From a virus (lineage: Duplodnaviria; Caudoviricetes): a stretch of DNA of 64,000 nucleotides. How positions within the stretch are numbered: position 1 is the stretch's first letter; each line of letters starts with the position of its first letter. The translations under genes and the position numbers were made by a program. The DNA lies in IMG/VR virus record IMGVR_UViG_2859720988_000003; one strand, given 5' to 3'. Positions 26,595 to 36,256 of this stretch are shown here, piece after piece. The notes below the pieces were generated by a model. That model had not been told where the DNA came from, searched no databases, and saw only the letters and a list, made by a program, of their open reading frames with translations.

Positions 26595-27002
26595 GTGGAT
26601 ATTACTGCACAAATTGTGGCTGACTTTCGCGAGTATTACCCGGAGTTCAGCGATACCACCTTATGGGCTGAGCGCGAAGTGATACAGGCATTGGAGGAGG
26701 GCGATTCGGAAACCGGCCAACGTTGGCTGAAATATCATGCCCGCCCGGCATCAATCAAAAAACGTGGCCTGTTTGCCTTTGCTGCCCACCGGTTGGTGAT
26801 GCGTAAAAGGGCTATCAGTGGTGATGTTGGGGCGGCTTATGCCATCTCATCAAAATCGGTCGGTGATGAATCCACCTCTTTTGCGGTTCCGGCGGTGACT
26901 GCTGACGATCTCAATATCAATGGTGATTTACCACTGACCACCTACGGGGTGGAGTTCCTGCGCTTGCGCCGCCGAGCCGGTACCGGGGCCATGATGGTAT
27001 GA
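26595..27002 (+). CDS. DUF4054 head-tail adaptor
   Basis: FREYYPEF, AAHRL, SKSVGDESTSF, TTYGVEF. Confidence 0.8.
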   Translation: MDITAQIVADFREYYPEFSDTTLWAEREVIQALEEGDSETGQRWLKYHARPASIKKRGLFAFAAHRLVMRKRAISGDVGAAYAISSKSVGDESTSFAVPAVTADDLNINGDLPLTTYGVEFLRLRRRAGTGAMMV

Positions 27003-27466
27003 AACTTCGGGCCGAAGTACGGGGCGGGACAAAACTGGCGCAGAAATTGCGCCAGATCCATCAGCGGGCAACGGCAAAACGTCGAGTGCTGGTGGGGCTG
27101 CCGGAGGGGACAGGGGTGTATGAAGATGGTGCTCCCATTGTGGTGATTGGTGCGGTACAGGAATTTGGCTCAGCTGACGGGCGTATCCCTGAGCGCTCAT
27201 TTCTGCGCGTTCCACTGCGACAAAATCAGGACAACATCAAAAAAGCCTTTCGTGTGCTGACGGCGCAGGTCACTCGCGGCGAAATCACGGCATTCCAAAT
27301 GCTGGATCAGATTGGTCTGCGTGCGGTGGGTTATTGCCAAGAGGCGATAGAAGCCGGTATTCAGCCCAAAAATGCTGACGCCACCGTAGCAGCTAAAGGC
27401 TCGGCAACACCGCTTATCAGGCATGGCGATTTAAAAGGCGCACTTACTCATATCGTGGAGGATTAA
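26999..27466 (+). CDS. Neck/tail-completion protein
   Basis: EFGS...IPERSFLR, KGSATPLI; position in the head-tail block. Confidence 0.7.
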   Translation: MKLRAEVRGGTKLAQKLRQIHQRATAKRRVLVGLPEGTGVYEDGAPIVVIGAVQEFGSADGRIPERSFLRVPLRQNQDNIKKAFRVLTAQVTRGEITAFQMLDQIGLRAVGYCQEAIEAGIQPKNADATVAAKGSATPLIRHGDLKGALTHIVED

Positions 27467-27468
27467 TC

Positions 27469-27888
27469 ATGTTCGGTAATGGTCTGGATATGCACGGGCA
27501 TATTGATACCACCTTTAATTCGCCTATTGAAGGCGGTATTCGGTTGATTCGACCGACTGCCGGTGACTATAGCGGCCGCGGTGGTATTTGGCAGCAAGGA
27601 GAACCGCAGGTTACCGAATTGCAAAAGGTGAATGTGCAGTCAGCAAAATGGAAAGATATTCAAATGCTGATCGGCATGGGCGGCACGGCTAACCCGCAGG
27701 ATCTGCGAGTGGTACACATCAACGATGGTGTGCATTATCTTTGGCCCGATGATGAGGGGAAATTTAGCGATTTACTGGAATTCAGCGACGGGCTGGCAAT
27801 GCGGCAATGGCGGGTGGTGGCTTGCGATAACCGGCCTTGGCGTAGCTTTTGCCGTGCCTTGGTTGAACGTTATCGAGGTGCGGGCTGA
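27469..27888 (+). CDS. Head-tail joining protein
   Basis: Position and size. Confidence 0.6.
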   Translation: MFGNGLDMHGHIDTTFNSPIEGGIRLIRPTAGDYSGRGGIWQQGEPQVTELQKVNVQSAKWKDIQMLIGMGGTANPQDLRVVHINDGVHYLWPDDEGKFSDLLEFSDGLAMRQWRVVACDNRPWRSFCRALVERYRGAG

Positions 27889-28448
27889 TGGAAACCATTG
27901 AAGAGATGTATCCGGTATTTCAGCAACTCATTTCACTCGCCGCTGCAGTCCCCCTCGAACGTGTTGTATTAGCCGATCAAGGCCGTAACCCACCAATCGG
28001 TAATAGCTTATATGCCACTTATAACCCGGTGCCGATTCGGGCCTATGGGCAAACGCGGCGCAAGCGCGAATTTATCCCGGCCATTGCTGAAACTGATCCG
28101 GCGCTAGGGGAGGAGTGGCAAGACTTGCAAGAAACAGCCTGTACATCAATGGAGTTTTTGCTGTCGGTGAATTTGCTCAATAGCGGGGCGGCAACCGCCG
28201 CTATGCATTTAGCTAACGCCAATTTCGTGACGCCAATCAGTGACTATCTGTTCCGCCATAAAATCGCCTGGCGTTTCTCCAGCAATTTCCGAAATCTCAC
28301 CGGATTGTTACAAGCAGGACTACAGCCGCGCTATCAGGCTGACATCCATCTATTCATCGAAAAAACCGCATCCTACGCGCTATTACGTGCCGCAGGGTTT
28401 GACATTCAAATTAGAGAAAGAGACTGCTCTTATGGCTTATCCGGTTGA
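27888..28448 (+). CDS. Tail terminator/neck protein
   Basis: Immediately before the sheath gene. Confidence 0.6.
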   Translation: METIEEMYPVFQQLISLAAAVPLERVVLADQGRNPPIGNSLYATYNPVPIRAYGQTRRKREFIPAIAETDPALGEEWQDLQETACTSMEFLLSVNLLNSGAATAAMHLANANFVTPISDYLFRHKIAWRFSSNFRNLTGLLQAGLQPRYQADIHLFIEKTASYALLRAAGFDIQIRERDCSYGLSG

Positions 28449-29589
28449 TAATATTATCCCCGTCAATCTTATTCTGACGGCGGCAGGGTTGGGCTACGGT
28501 GATTTTTCCAGTGCACTCACTTTTGCTGATCCGTCAGATTTAGTTGATGGGGGCGAGTTTGCTGCAGATTCATTCCGTGACTATGCATCATTGCCAGAAC
28601 TTGGCGCTGATTTCCAAACTGACAGTTCGATTTATTACATTGCCACCCGCTACTTTGCGCAAATTCCCAAGCCGCCACAAATTACCGTCTGGATGAAAAA
28701 CGAAGAAAATTCACTGCTGGAAATTGTGAATAGTGCCACTGACCGTATTTGGCGCTATCACTACTTCTTTAAAGCCAGCGACTTAACCAGCAATGACATT
28801 ATTCTCCAGTTGGCCGACTGGTCTGATGCCAATAGTCATCCGGTCTGGTGGACATTTAGCGCTAACGACATTGCTGATCAGAACAAGGTGAATGATGTGG
28901 TCTCACTGCTGAAAAGCAAAGGTAACCGCCATGTGTTTGCAGGCTATAAAACCGCTGGATCCGTCACTACTGACCCGACCCAAGCCTATGCCATGGTGCA
29001 ATTGGCCGCCGCATTCCATAAGTTCAGGCCAACAGGGCTAAACACCGCCATTACCGGCGAGTATCAGGTGTTACCAGGAGTCATAGGCGATGATATGGCG
29101 ACCAGTGCTTACAATGCCTTAAAAGCCAAGAGCGCAGTGTTTTTTACCAAAATTGAACTGGCCGGGCAAATTGATAATAGCCGGGTGATCAACAGTAAAT
29201 CGATGTCGTCCTATGGCGAATTTATTGATGATGTGATCAATCTGGATGTGTTGAAAAACCATATTCAGGTGGACGGCTACAACTACATTGCTAATGTCGG
29301 CACCAAGCGCGCACTGACACCACGCGACTATGACGGGTTATTGTCTACGATTGCCACCACTTGCAAACGCTTTTTCAATAATGGTGTGCTCGGTACTGGC
29401 TCTTATGTTGATCCGGACGATGGCGTGACGAAAGTGGCTGATTTTGGTTTTGTTATCCGTTCGCGCCCTGAGGATGTCCTTTCGCTGACCTCCGACCAAC
29501 GCAAAAAACGTGTTTACCCGTTAACCACCCTGTTAGTGATTTTAGGCCGTGCCGGTCATATCGCTGAAATCAATGCCACCGTGGAGTAA
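28432..29589 (+). CDS. Tail sheath protein (DUF3383)
   Basis: YFAQIPKP, GEFIDDVINLDVL, NGVLG, GRAGH..EIN. Confidence 0.82.
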   Translation: MAYPVDNIIPVNLILTAAGLGYGDFSSALTFADPSDLVDGGEFAADSFRDYASLPELGADFQTDSSIYYIATRYFAQIPKPPQITVWMKNEENSLLEIVNSATDRIWRYHYFFKASDLTSNDIILQLADWSDANSHPVWWTFSANDIADQNKVNDVVSLLKSKGNRHVFAGYKTAGSVTTDPTQAYAMVQLAAAFHKFRPTGLNTAITGEYQVLPGVIGDDMATSAYNALKAKSAVFFTKIELAGQIDNSRVINSKSMSSYGEFIDDVINLDVLKNHIQVDGYNYIANVGTKRALTPRDYDGLLSTIATTCKRFFNNGVLGTGSYVDPDDGVTKVADFGFVIRSRPEDVLSLTSDQRKKRVYPLTTLLVILGRAGHIAEINATVE

Positions 29590-29595
29590 TCCCTT

Positions 29596-30000
29596 ATGAC
29601 CATGCACAGATACGGCGCTGATGGCTCTAACCTCACCGTCTTTGGTATCCCGATTGATGATTTTGGTGATACCGACCCACCGATCACCATTGAAGATTTA
29701 GAACCCCGCGCCGCGCTAAAGCGCGGTATCGGCGGCACGTCAGTACGGCTGGACAATAAAACCCGCGCCAAACGGTTGACCATCAACCTGATCCCCGGCT
29801 CGGTGCAGGCGCGTCAGTTATTGGCGGTGGAGAAATCCGGTATTGATGCCACCTTTACCTTTTCACAGACCGGCACTGATGAACGTTTTGCCGGATTCGA
29901 CGGCATCATGACTAACCGTGGCTCAGCCACCCGCGCCGGGAAAAGCGGTGTATCGGATGAACAATTTATTTTTGAATTTGCTGACTCAGAGGAAACCTAA
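29596..30000 (+). CDS. Tail tube protein
   Basis: 134 aa, directly after the sheath gene. Confidence 0.72.
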   Translation: MTMHRYGADGSNLTVFGIPIDDFGDTDPPITIEDLEPRAALKRGIGGTSVRLDNKTRAKRLTINLIPGSVQARQLLAVEKSGIDATFTFSQTGTDERFAGFDGIMTNRGSATRAGKSGVSDEQFIFEFADSEET

Positions 30001-30002
30001 TT

Positions 30003-30395
30003 ATGGGGCGTCAAATTGATGTAGTTATCGGTGACACCCTTTTTCGCGGGGCAACATCACCGGCCAGAGATCAAGTGGAAATGCTGCAAATTGCCGCTAA
30101 GTCTGGTTTGTTACCAGCGATCAATCCCAATGTTACGGCAATGGGTATGGCAGCTAGTTTGGCCTCTGTCGATACGATGAGCTTAAACCGCTTGAAAGAG
30201 CTGTGTTTTAACAGCGGTAGCATCGTTCGCCAATCCGATAACATCCCGGTGGGCGAAAACCTGTTTCAAGATGAAGCCCATAATTATCTGGTATTGCTTG
30301 GGCAGGTATTGCGGGAAAATATCGGCCCTTTTTGGCAACTCAAAAAAGAGGAGGGAAGAAACGCGGAAAACAATCCGCAGAATCCTCCCGCGTAG
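30003..30395 (+). CDS. Tail assembly chaperone (G-like)
   Basis: After the tube gene; slippery heptamer near the 3' end. Confidence 0.72.
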   Translation: MGRQIDVVIGDTLFRGATSPARDQVEMLQIAAKSGLLPAINPNVTAMGMAASLASVDTMSLNRLKELCFNSGSIVRQSDNIPVGENLFQDEAHNYLVLLGQVLRENIGPFWQLKKEEGRNAENNPQNPPA

Positions 30396-30556
30396 ACTGG
30401 TTTTTATGGCGACCTTGCGCCGGTGCCGGGCAACACTGCCCGCCGCTGGCAAGGTGGGCAGATATGCTTGATGGCACTTACACTATTGATGATGTGCAAC
30501 TGATGCATGATGTGTTGGATGAGATTGTGGCTGTAGTGGAAAGGGGGCGGGGTTAG
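30326..30556 (+). CDS. Tail assembly chaperone -1 frameshift extension (T-like)
   Basis: In-frame C-CCT-TTT heptamer at 30326-30332 leads into the -1 ORF ...DWFLWRP...DGTYTIDDVQLMHDVLD. Confidence 0.7.
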   Translation, partial: PFLATQKRGGKKRGKQSAESSRVDWFLWRPCAGAGQHCPPLARWADMLDGTYTIDDVQLMHDVLDEIVAVVERGRG

Positions 30557-30657
30557 TAATAGGCTGTTATTCTGTATCGTCTATAATGTAAATGAATTGC
30601 AAATTTAAAGAGTAAAACATACTATATTTATGGATATTAAATATAAGGATATTATGA

Positions 30658-31236
30658 GTGAAAGAGATCAGTGGAGAAAAATGGGTTTCTCGTTTTCAGG
30701 GAAGTGCTTCAACCCAATCATTAAGCCCGTCATTTAAAATAAGTGTTGACAATTTCATATCTGAATTAACAAAGTCGGGTGCGACAGTCATTATATCAGC
30801 AACATTAAGACCACCTGAAAGAGCTTATTTGATGCATTGGTCTTGGAAAATATCAAGAAACCTTGCCAAGCCTGAAGATGTACCGGAAAAAACCGGTATC
30901 AGCATTCAATGGGCACATAAAAAGAGCGATGGCAGTATAGACACTGCGAAAAGCATTAAAGCCGCACAGGATATGGTCAGAGCGTACGGGATGACAGGAC
31001 TTAATGTTGCTCCATCATTAAAAAGCAGACATACCGAAGGCAATGCTATAGATATGAATATCTCATGGATGGGTGATTTAAAAATAAAAAATAAAAAAGG
31101 GGAAGATGTCTTAATTAAGAGTTTTCCCAAAGATGGGATGAATACAGAACTCCATGCCGTAGGGAAAAGTTTTGGTATTATAAAATACCATGGTGGTTCC
31201 AAAGATAGACCTCATTGGTCAACAGATGGTAGATAA
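30658..31236 (+). CDS. M15/LAS-like zinc peptidoglycan peptidase (moron)
   Basis: ATLRPPERAY, SRHTEGNAID (S-x-H-x-x-G-x-A-x-D) and D-x-x-HWS motifs; AT-rich. Confidence 0.7.
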   Translation: MKEISGEKWVSRFQGSASTQSLSPSFKISVDNFISELTKSGATVIISATLRPPERAYLMHWSWKISRNLAKPEDVPEKTGISIQWAHKKSDGSIDTAKSIKAAQDMVRAYGMTGLNVAPSLKSRHTEGNAIDMNISWMGDLKIKNKKGEDVLIKSFPKDGMNTELHAVGKSFGIIKYHGGSKDRPHWSTDGR

Positions 31237-31237
31237 T

Positions 31238-31522
31238 ATGAAGAAAATGATTGTTTTTATTTTGCCATTTATTCTTTTACTTGGATGCTCCCATGCTGCT
31301 GAAAAATACCCGGCTGATATTAGCGAGTTTTTAAAAATAGCAGATGAATGCCAATATCTTGCTGGCGAATGGGACTCATCAATCCCCAAAGAACGGCAAA
31401 TTGCCATAGCGAAAGAAGTCAATGTTACTTGCCCTAAAGCAACTGAATTGCAAAAAAAATTAAGCACCAAATACCAAGAGAATAAGCAATTGCTAGAAGT
31501 CATTAATGATTATGACTTCTAA
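31238..31522 (+). CDS. Small exported protein/lipoprotein (putative immunity)
   Basis: MKKMIVFILPFILLLGC lipobox; two further Cys; starts 1 nt after the peptidase stop. Confidence 0.75.
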   Translation: MKKMIVFILPFILLLGCSHAAEKYPADISEFLKIADECQYLAGEWDSSIPKERQIAIAKEVNVTCPKATELQKKLSTKYQENKQLLEVINDYDF

Positions 31523-31592
31523 TAGCGTCATGGTGACTGTGCCGAACTGATTGTTACAGTAAACACAATTATAAGTACCCATACGAGTATCA

Positions 31593-31618
31593 AACCCGCC
31601 ACTGCGCGGGTTTTTTTA
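31593..31618 (+). terminator. Intrinsic terminator
   Basis: AAACCCGC-CACTGC-GCGGGTTTTTTTT. Confidence 0.75.
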
Positions 31619-31639
31619 TACCTAAAAGATGAGGTTTCC

Positions 31640-33304
31640 ATGTCAGAGACGATTGATTCTCTATTGGTTTCCCTTGGCCTGGAAACAGATGCAAAGAGCT
31701 TTCAAACCGCCAATGATGCCGTTAAAGGGATTAAAGACGGCATATTGCAACTGGCCGCCGCAGCCGGTACCGGTGTTGGGTTAAAAGCCCTGACTGCGGA
31801 TTTATCTGCCTCAGTATTAGAAATGGACAGGCTGAGTAAGATTACCAACTTTACCGTTAAACAGATCGATGGTCTGCGCTACGCGATGCGTAGCCTTGGT
31901 CTTAGCCCGGATGCGGCTAATCAGATTGTGCAGAAAATCCCTGACCTGCAACAGCGTGCCAGACAAGGGGAGTTAGGCGATAAAGCCTATTGGAATGGTG
32001 CATTTAACCCTACGGAATTTGCCAATAAAACCGGCATGGACTCGCTCAAGTATCTTATAGATGCTTACGGCAAAATGGATAATGACCAGCGGAGAAATCT
32101 GCGCAGTGGAATTGGCAGCGGTGATAATGATCCTTTTACCCGCTTACTGGAAGGCGGTAGCAAGGGGCTTAATGCCTCATTGAAAAATTTTGAAGAGTTA
32201 TATAAACCGCTCGATCCCAAGCTTATTGATTCTGCCAACGAGTTTAATAAAGAGATGGCGGATTTGGCGACTAACTTTGACAATCTGGCCCGTTCGATGG
32301 GGGGCGACTTACTGCCAATCATCAATGCGTTATTAGAAAGTATTAATCAGTTTATTAAAGAAAACCCCGAAGTCTCAAAAGCGATTCTAACTGCTGCCGG
32401 TCTGGCCGGTACCGCTGGTGCAGTAAAGTTTGTCGGCGGCATGCTACCTGGCGGCGGTAAGCCACCCGCAGGTGCTGCTGGTGGGCGCGGCTGGTTGTCA
32501 CGCTTGTTGGTCAATCCGGTCACCATCGGCGCGGCGGCGACATTAACGCCCGGTAATATTTTTACCAGTGCCGACGATGCCAAAGCTATGAGTAATCCCG
32601 AAGCGCTTAAACGCCAGAACTGGGCTAAAAATAACCCCGGCGTGCCTTACCCCAGTGATACCAGTGACCTTAATAATCTGGTTGATGATCCTAACGTTCG
32701 CCAGTATCTGGAGGTGCTATCCAAAGCTGAGGGAACCGCCAGTTATGCCAATTCTGGCTATAACACGATGTTTGGCGGCGACCAATTCTATGACAACAGT
32801 GACCACCCACGGCAATTAAAAGATTTCACGCAAACAGACGGCACTAAAAATAAAACCTCGGCTGCCGGGCGCTATCAGTTCACCAGCAGCTCTTGGGATG
32901 ATGCCGCCAAAGCGCTTAATCTGACCGACTTTTCACCACGCAGTCAGGATCTCGCCGCACTGTTTCTGATTCAACGTGCCGGTCAGTTAGAAAATGTGAC
33001 GAACGGGAATTTTGCTGATGCCACCAGCGGGCTTGGCGGTGTGTGGGCCTCGCTCCCTTCATCAAATTACGCCCAGCCTAAACGTTCATGGGAAGAGATT
33101 CAGGGCTACAGCGACCGCCAGAATACCCCTATGCAAGCAGTCGCCGCATCCGCACCCCGTGGTGATGTCAGGCTGGAGCAACACAATATTATTAATGTGG
33201 GTACCGTGGGCGGTGATAGCGAATCCATCCGTGACGGGGTGTTACAGGCCACTACTCAACTGGCCCAGCAAGCACGGGACATGATGCATACGGAGCACTA
33301 CTGA
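31640..33304 (+). CDS. Tape measure protein with lambda-R-like muramidase domain
   Basis: IDSLLVSLG N-terminus; AEGT...GYNTMFGG...SAAGRYQF...DFSPRSQD...WASLP. Confidence 0.85.
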   Translation: MSETIDSLLVSLGLETDAKSFQTANDAVKGIKDGILQLAAAAGTGVGLKALTADLSASVLEMDRLSKITNFTVKQIDGLRYAMRSLGLSPDAANQIVQKIPDLQQRARQGELGDKAYWNGAFNPTEFANKTGMDSLKYLIDAYGKMDNDQRRNLRSGIGSGDNDPFTRLLEGGSKGLNASLKNFEELYKPLDPKLIDSANEFNKEMADLATNFDNLARSMGGDLLPIINALLESINQFIKENPEVSKAILTAAGLAGTAGAVKFVGGMLPGGGKPPAGAAGGRGWLSRLLVNPVTIGAAATLTPGNIFTSADDAKAMSNPEALKRQNWAKNNPGVPYPSDTSDLNNLVDDPNVRQYLEVLSKAEGTASYANSGYNTMFGGDQFYDNSDHPRQLKDFTQTDGTKNKTSAAGRYQFTSSSWDDAAKALNLTDFSPRSQDLAALFLIQRAGQLENVTNGNFADATSGLGGVWASLPSSNYAQPKRSWEEIQGYSDRQNTPMQAVAASAPRGDVRLEQHNIINVGTVGGDSESIRDGVLQATTQLAQQARDMMHTEHY

Positions 33305-33972
33305 TGGCTATTACCGGACTATTTACCCGTAACCGACCGAAAATCGGCAATCTCTATTTTGATGCATTACTGGAAGAATCGAGCGAACTGCGTACTGATG
33401 TCAGTGAGTTTCCGCTGGAAGACGCCAATACCGCCCACGATAACGCGGTTACCCGCGCGCTGGCGCTAACCATGATTATCGGTGTATCCGATAACTGGTT
33501 TCGTGAACTGCTGGCCCAGCAAGATAGCAGCATTGCAGGACTACTGGGGGCCGGAGCCAGTATCACTACTGGTATGGCGGCCAGTTTGCTTTCTGGCCGG
33601 GCGGCGGCGCTGGCAGGGGTGGCTGCTTCGGTTGGCACCAGTCTGTATTCCGGCAGTTTGGGATCACAATCGCGCTCAACCCGTTCGCAAAATTTACTCG
33701 AGCAATTGCGTGAATTACAGCGTTCACATACGCCGTTCGAATTAGTGGCCAGTCGGGGGGCCGCCTATAAAAACTGTCTGATCATCAACACCCGCACCCA
33801 ATTGAAAAAAGAGAATGAGGGCGGGTTGGAGATTGTGGTTGAACTGTTGCAACTCAATATTATTTACGACACCGTTGCTGAAACCAATGACAATTTGCCC
33901 TATGGCGATAGTGCTGCCACTCAGGGGCAACGTGAATACTCATTTGGAGAAGTTTTTGTCGAGGCCACGTAA
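33304..33972 (+). CDS. Baseplate/tail-tube initiator protein
   Basis: FDALLEE...EFPLE...HDNA; follows the tape measure. Confidence 0.7.
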   Translation: MAITGLFTRNRPKIGNLYFDALLEESSELRTDVSEFPLEDANTAHDNAVTRALALTMIIGVSDNWFRELLAQQDSSIAGLLGAGASITTGMAASLLSGRAAALAGVAASVGTSLYSGSLGSQSRSTRSQNLLEQLRELQRSHTPFELVASRGAAYKNCLIINTRTQLKKENEGGLEIVVELLQLNIIYDTVAETNDNLPYGDSAATQGQREYSFGEVFVEAT

Positions 33973-34262
33973 TGAAAGTTATCCCATTAAATAATGGTTA
34001 CGCGGTGCAGCGTTTCCGAGTGCAATTAAATAATCACTATCTGGTATTTCGTTTGCACTGGCTCACCCGTTTTAATTATTTCTGTGTCGATATTTATGAA
34101 CAGGATGAGCCGGTAGTTTTGGGGCGTGCTTTGCATATTGGCGTTAATTTATTGGCTGGACTCAATACCGATATTGGTGTGCTGATATTAGTCGGGGAGA
34201 CTCCGACTATCGCCAACCTTGGCATTAATAATCGCCTGACATGGTACCCCGATAATGAGTAG
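33972..34262 (+). CDS. Baseplate plug-like protein
   Basis: Position and size. Confidence 0.6.
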   Translation: MKVIPLNNGYAVQRFRVQLNNHYLVFRLHWLTRFNYFCVDIYEQDEPVVLGRALHIGVNLLAGLNTDIGVLILVGETPTIANLGINNRLTWYPDNE

Positions 34263-35148
34263 CTATTTTGGCCGTAATTACTTACTGACCATTACCCCGG
34301 TGAGTGGTGATGAACTTACCTATCAGCCGCCATTAGAGATCCGTTTTGCTGTCGATAATACCCCGCAGAATGTTGATGCCACCGCCAGAATTACCCTTTA
34401 CGGTATTTCGGCCCGCACCCGCGCCTTGATCCAGCGCTATGACGACAAAGAAAAGCGTTATGGCAACCTGGTATTAAAAGCCGGTTATGGCGACAACATC
34501 GGCACGATATTCAGCGGACGCATTCACAATGTCGAAGTGGTCAAAGAGGGGGTAAATACCTGCCTGCGGCTATATTGCCGCACGATTGGGCTGGCATGGA
34601 ATACCACGATATTTAAAACCTGGGGCGCGAATACGCCTGCCATTGAAATGCTCAAAGATGTCGCAGCGGCTTTTGGGCTTGATGTTGAAGTGATTGGTGA
34701 CTTTTCCGACTTACCGCGTTTTGCCACTTCCTATAATTCCGGTGGCCGCTTGTGTCGCGATATTCTCGATAGCGTAAAAGATGACTGGAAATATTACTGG
34801 ATGATCACGCCATCACGAGTGTTATTAGCCAGAGAGGGTGCTGCCAGAAAATGGGCGACTCATGAGATCACCGCTAAAAATGGTATGGAAAGTGTCCCGC
34901 GTTGGTATCTCAGCACTATGGAAATTGACGTCAAAATGAATCATCAAATTCAGCCGGCTGATGTGATTAATGTCACCTCAAGTTTTTGGACGATCAATTT
35001 CAGCGGCATGTATAACTCCGACCTCAATAATCTGGCGAATATTCAGCAGCAGACCGGCCAGTTTAATGTGCTGCGTACCTACCACGAAGGTACTTTATGG
35101 GGTGATACGTGGAAAACCACGCTGATCAGTCAATGGCGTATGCCCTGA
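34255..35148 (+). CDS. Baseplate hub protein
   Basis: LKAGYGDNIGTIFSGRI; H.G...GDTW. Confidence 0.72.
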   Translation: MSSYFGRNYLLTITPVSGDELTYQPPLEIRFAVDNTPQNVDATARITLYGISARTRALIQRYDDKEKRYGNLVLKAGYGDNIGTIFSGRIHNVEVVKEGVNTCLRLYCRTIGLAWNTTIFKTWGANTPAIEMLKDVAAAFGLDVEVIGDFSDLPRFATSYNSGGRLCRDILDSVKDDWKYYWMITPSRVLLAREGAARKWATHEITAKNGMESVPRWYLSTMEIDVKMNHQIQPADVINVTSSFWTINFSGMYNSDLNNLANIQQQTGQFNVLRTYHEGTLWGDTWKTTLISQWRMP

Positions 35149-35152
35149 GGTA

Positions 35153-35833
35153 ATGATGATTGAGAGCAACCCGCTGTATACCACCATGATGCTGCTCAAG
35201 CGCGATATGGTGCGTGACCTGATGATCGGCATGCCCGGCAAAGTCATTAGCTATAACGCCGATCAGCAACGCGCAGTGGTGGAGTGTGGCATTCAGCGTC
35301 ATATCGGTGACGGTCAATTTAAGACACTCCCCGTTATCGAACATGTGCCGGTGCAATTTTCTGGCAGTGCAGAATGGACGGTTTTTCATGAATTACCCGC
35401 GGGTACCGAGGGTTATATTCATTTCAGCCAACGTTCTATCGACAATTGGCTCAGTCAGGGGGGGCCGGTAGCACCACTGGATGCACGGATGTTTAATCCG
35501 TCCGATGCTTTCTTTGCCCCCGGTTACCGCTCACAGCAAACCGCGATTGCGGGCTTGCCGACCGAGGGGATTGGTTTAACTAACAAAAGTGGCGGGGTGC
35601 GCATTCACCTCACTGATAGTGGAATGACTTTGACGGCTGGCGGTACCTCATTGGCGCTTACCGAATCTGGCATGAGTTATAGCGGCCCTGAATTTACCAA
35701 TAATGGGCAAACCACCCTTAATGGTCGTACTGAGGTCACTCAAGGTGGCTTGGCGGTTGGCGAACTGGAAGTTGGCGACCACGACCACGGCGGCGTGCAA
35801 CACGGCAATGATCGCACTGATGGGCCGCAATAG
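35153..35833 (+). CDS. Baseplate spike (Gp138-like)
   Basis: MPGKVISY, VPVQF, FSQRSIDNW, C-terminal HDHGGV. Confidence 0.8.
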   Translation: MMIESNPLYTTMMLLKRDMVRDLMIGMPGKVISYNADQQRAVVECGIQRHIGDGQFKTLPVIEHVPVQFSGSAEWTVFHELPAGTEGYIHFSQRSIDNWLSQGGPVAPLDARMFNPSDAFFAPGYRSQQTAIAGLPTEGIGLTNKSGGVRIHLTDSGMTLTAGGTSLALTESGMSYSGPEFTNNGQTTLNGRTEVTQGGLAVGELEVGDHDHGGVQHGNDRTDGPQ

Positions 35834-35905
35834 CTCATTACCCTGATTGAATCCTACCTATTATCGCCCTGGCTTATGCCGGGGCTTTTTGTTTCCGGAG
35901 GCATT

Positions 35906-36256
35906 GTGATCCGCAATTTCCAAGATGGTGACATTGTTACCCACGGCAGCCAGTTTGCTAACGGTAAAGAAGAAACCCGGCAAGCCATGATCTGCTGCCT
36001 GCGGTTATTTCTTGGCGAGTATTTTCTTGATGCCACCGAGGGAACGCCGTGGTTCCAAAGCATATTGGGCAAAACCTCACGCGATATTGCCGAAGCCAAT
36101 ATTAAACAGCGCTTATTGGCGGCCAAAGGCGTGCTGACCATTAACCGCTTTGAAATGGATCTCGATATGAAGAATCGCAAAATAACGATATTTGCCGCGG
36201 TGATTGATATTAATAACGACGCATTTGATTTCCTGTTCACGGAGGATCTTATCTAA
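35906..36256 (+). CDS. Baseplate wedge protein
   Basis: RLFLGEYFLDATEGTPW. Confidence 0.72.
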   Translation: MIRNFQDGDIVTHGSQFANGKEETRQAMICCLRLFLGEYFLDATEGTPWFQSILGKTSRDIAEANIKQRLLAAKGVLTINRFEMDLDMKNRKITIFAAVIDINNDAFDFLFTEDLI

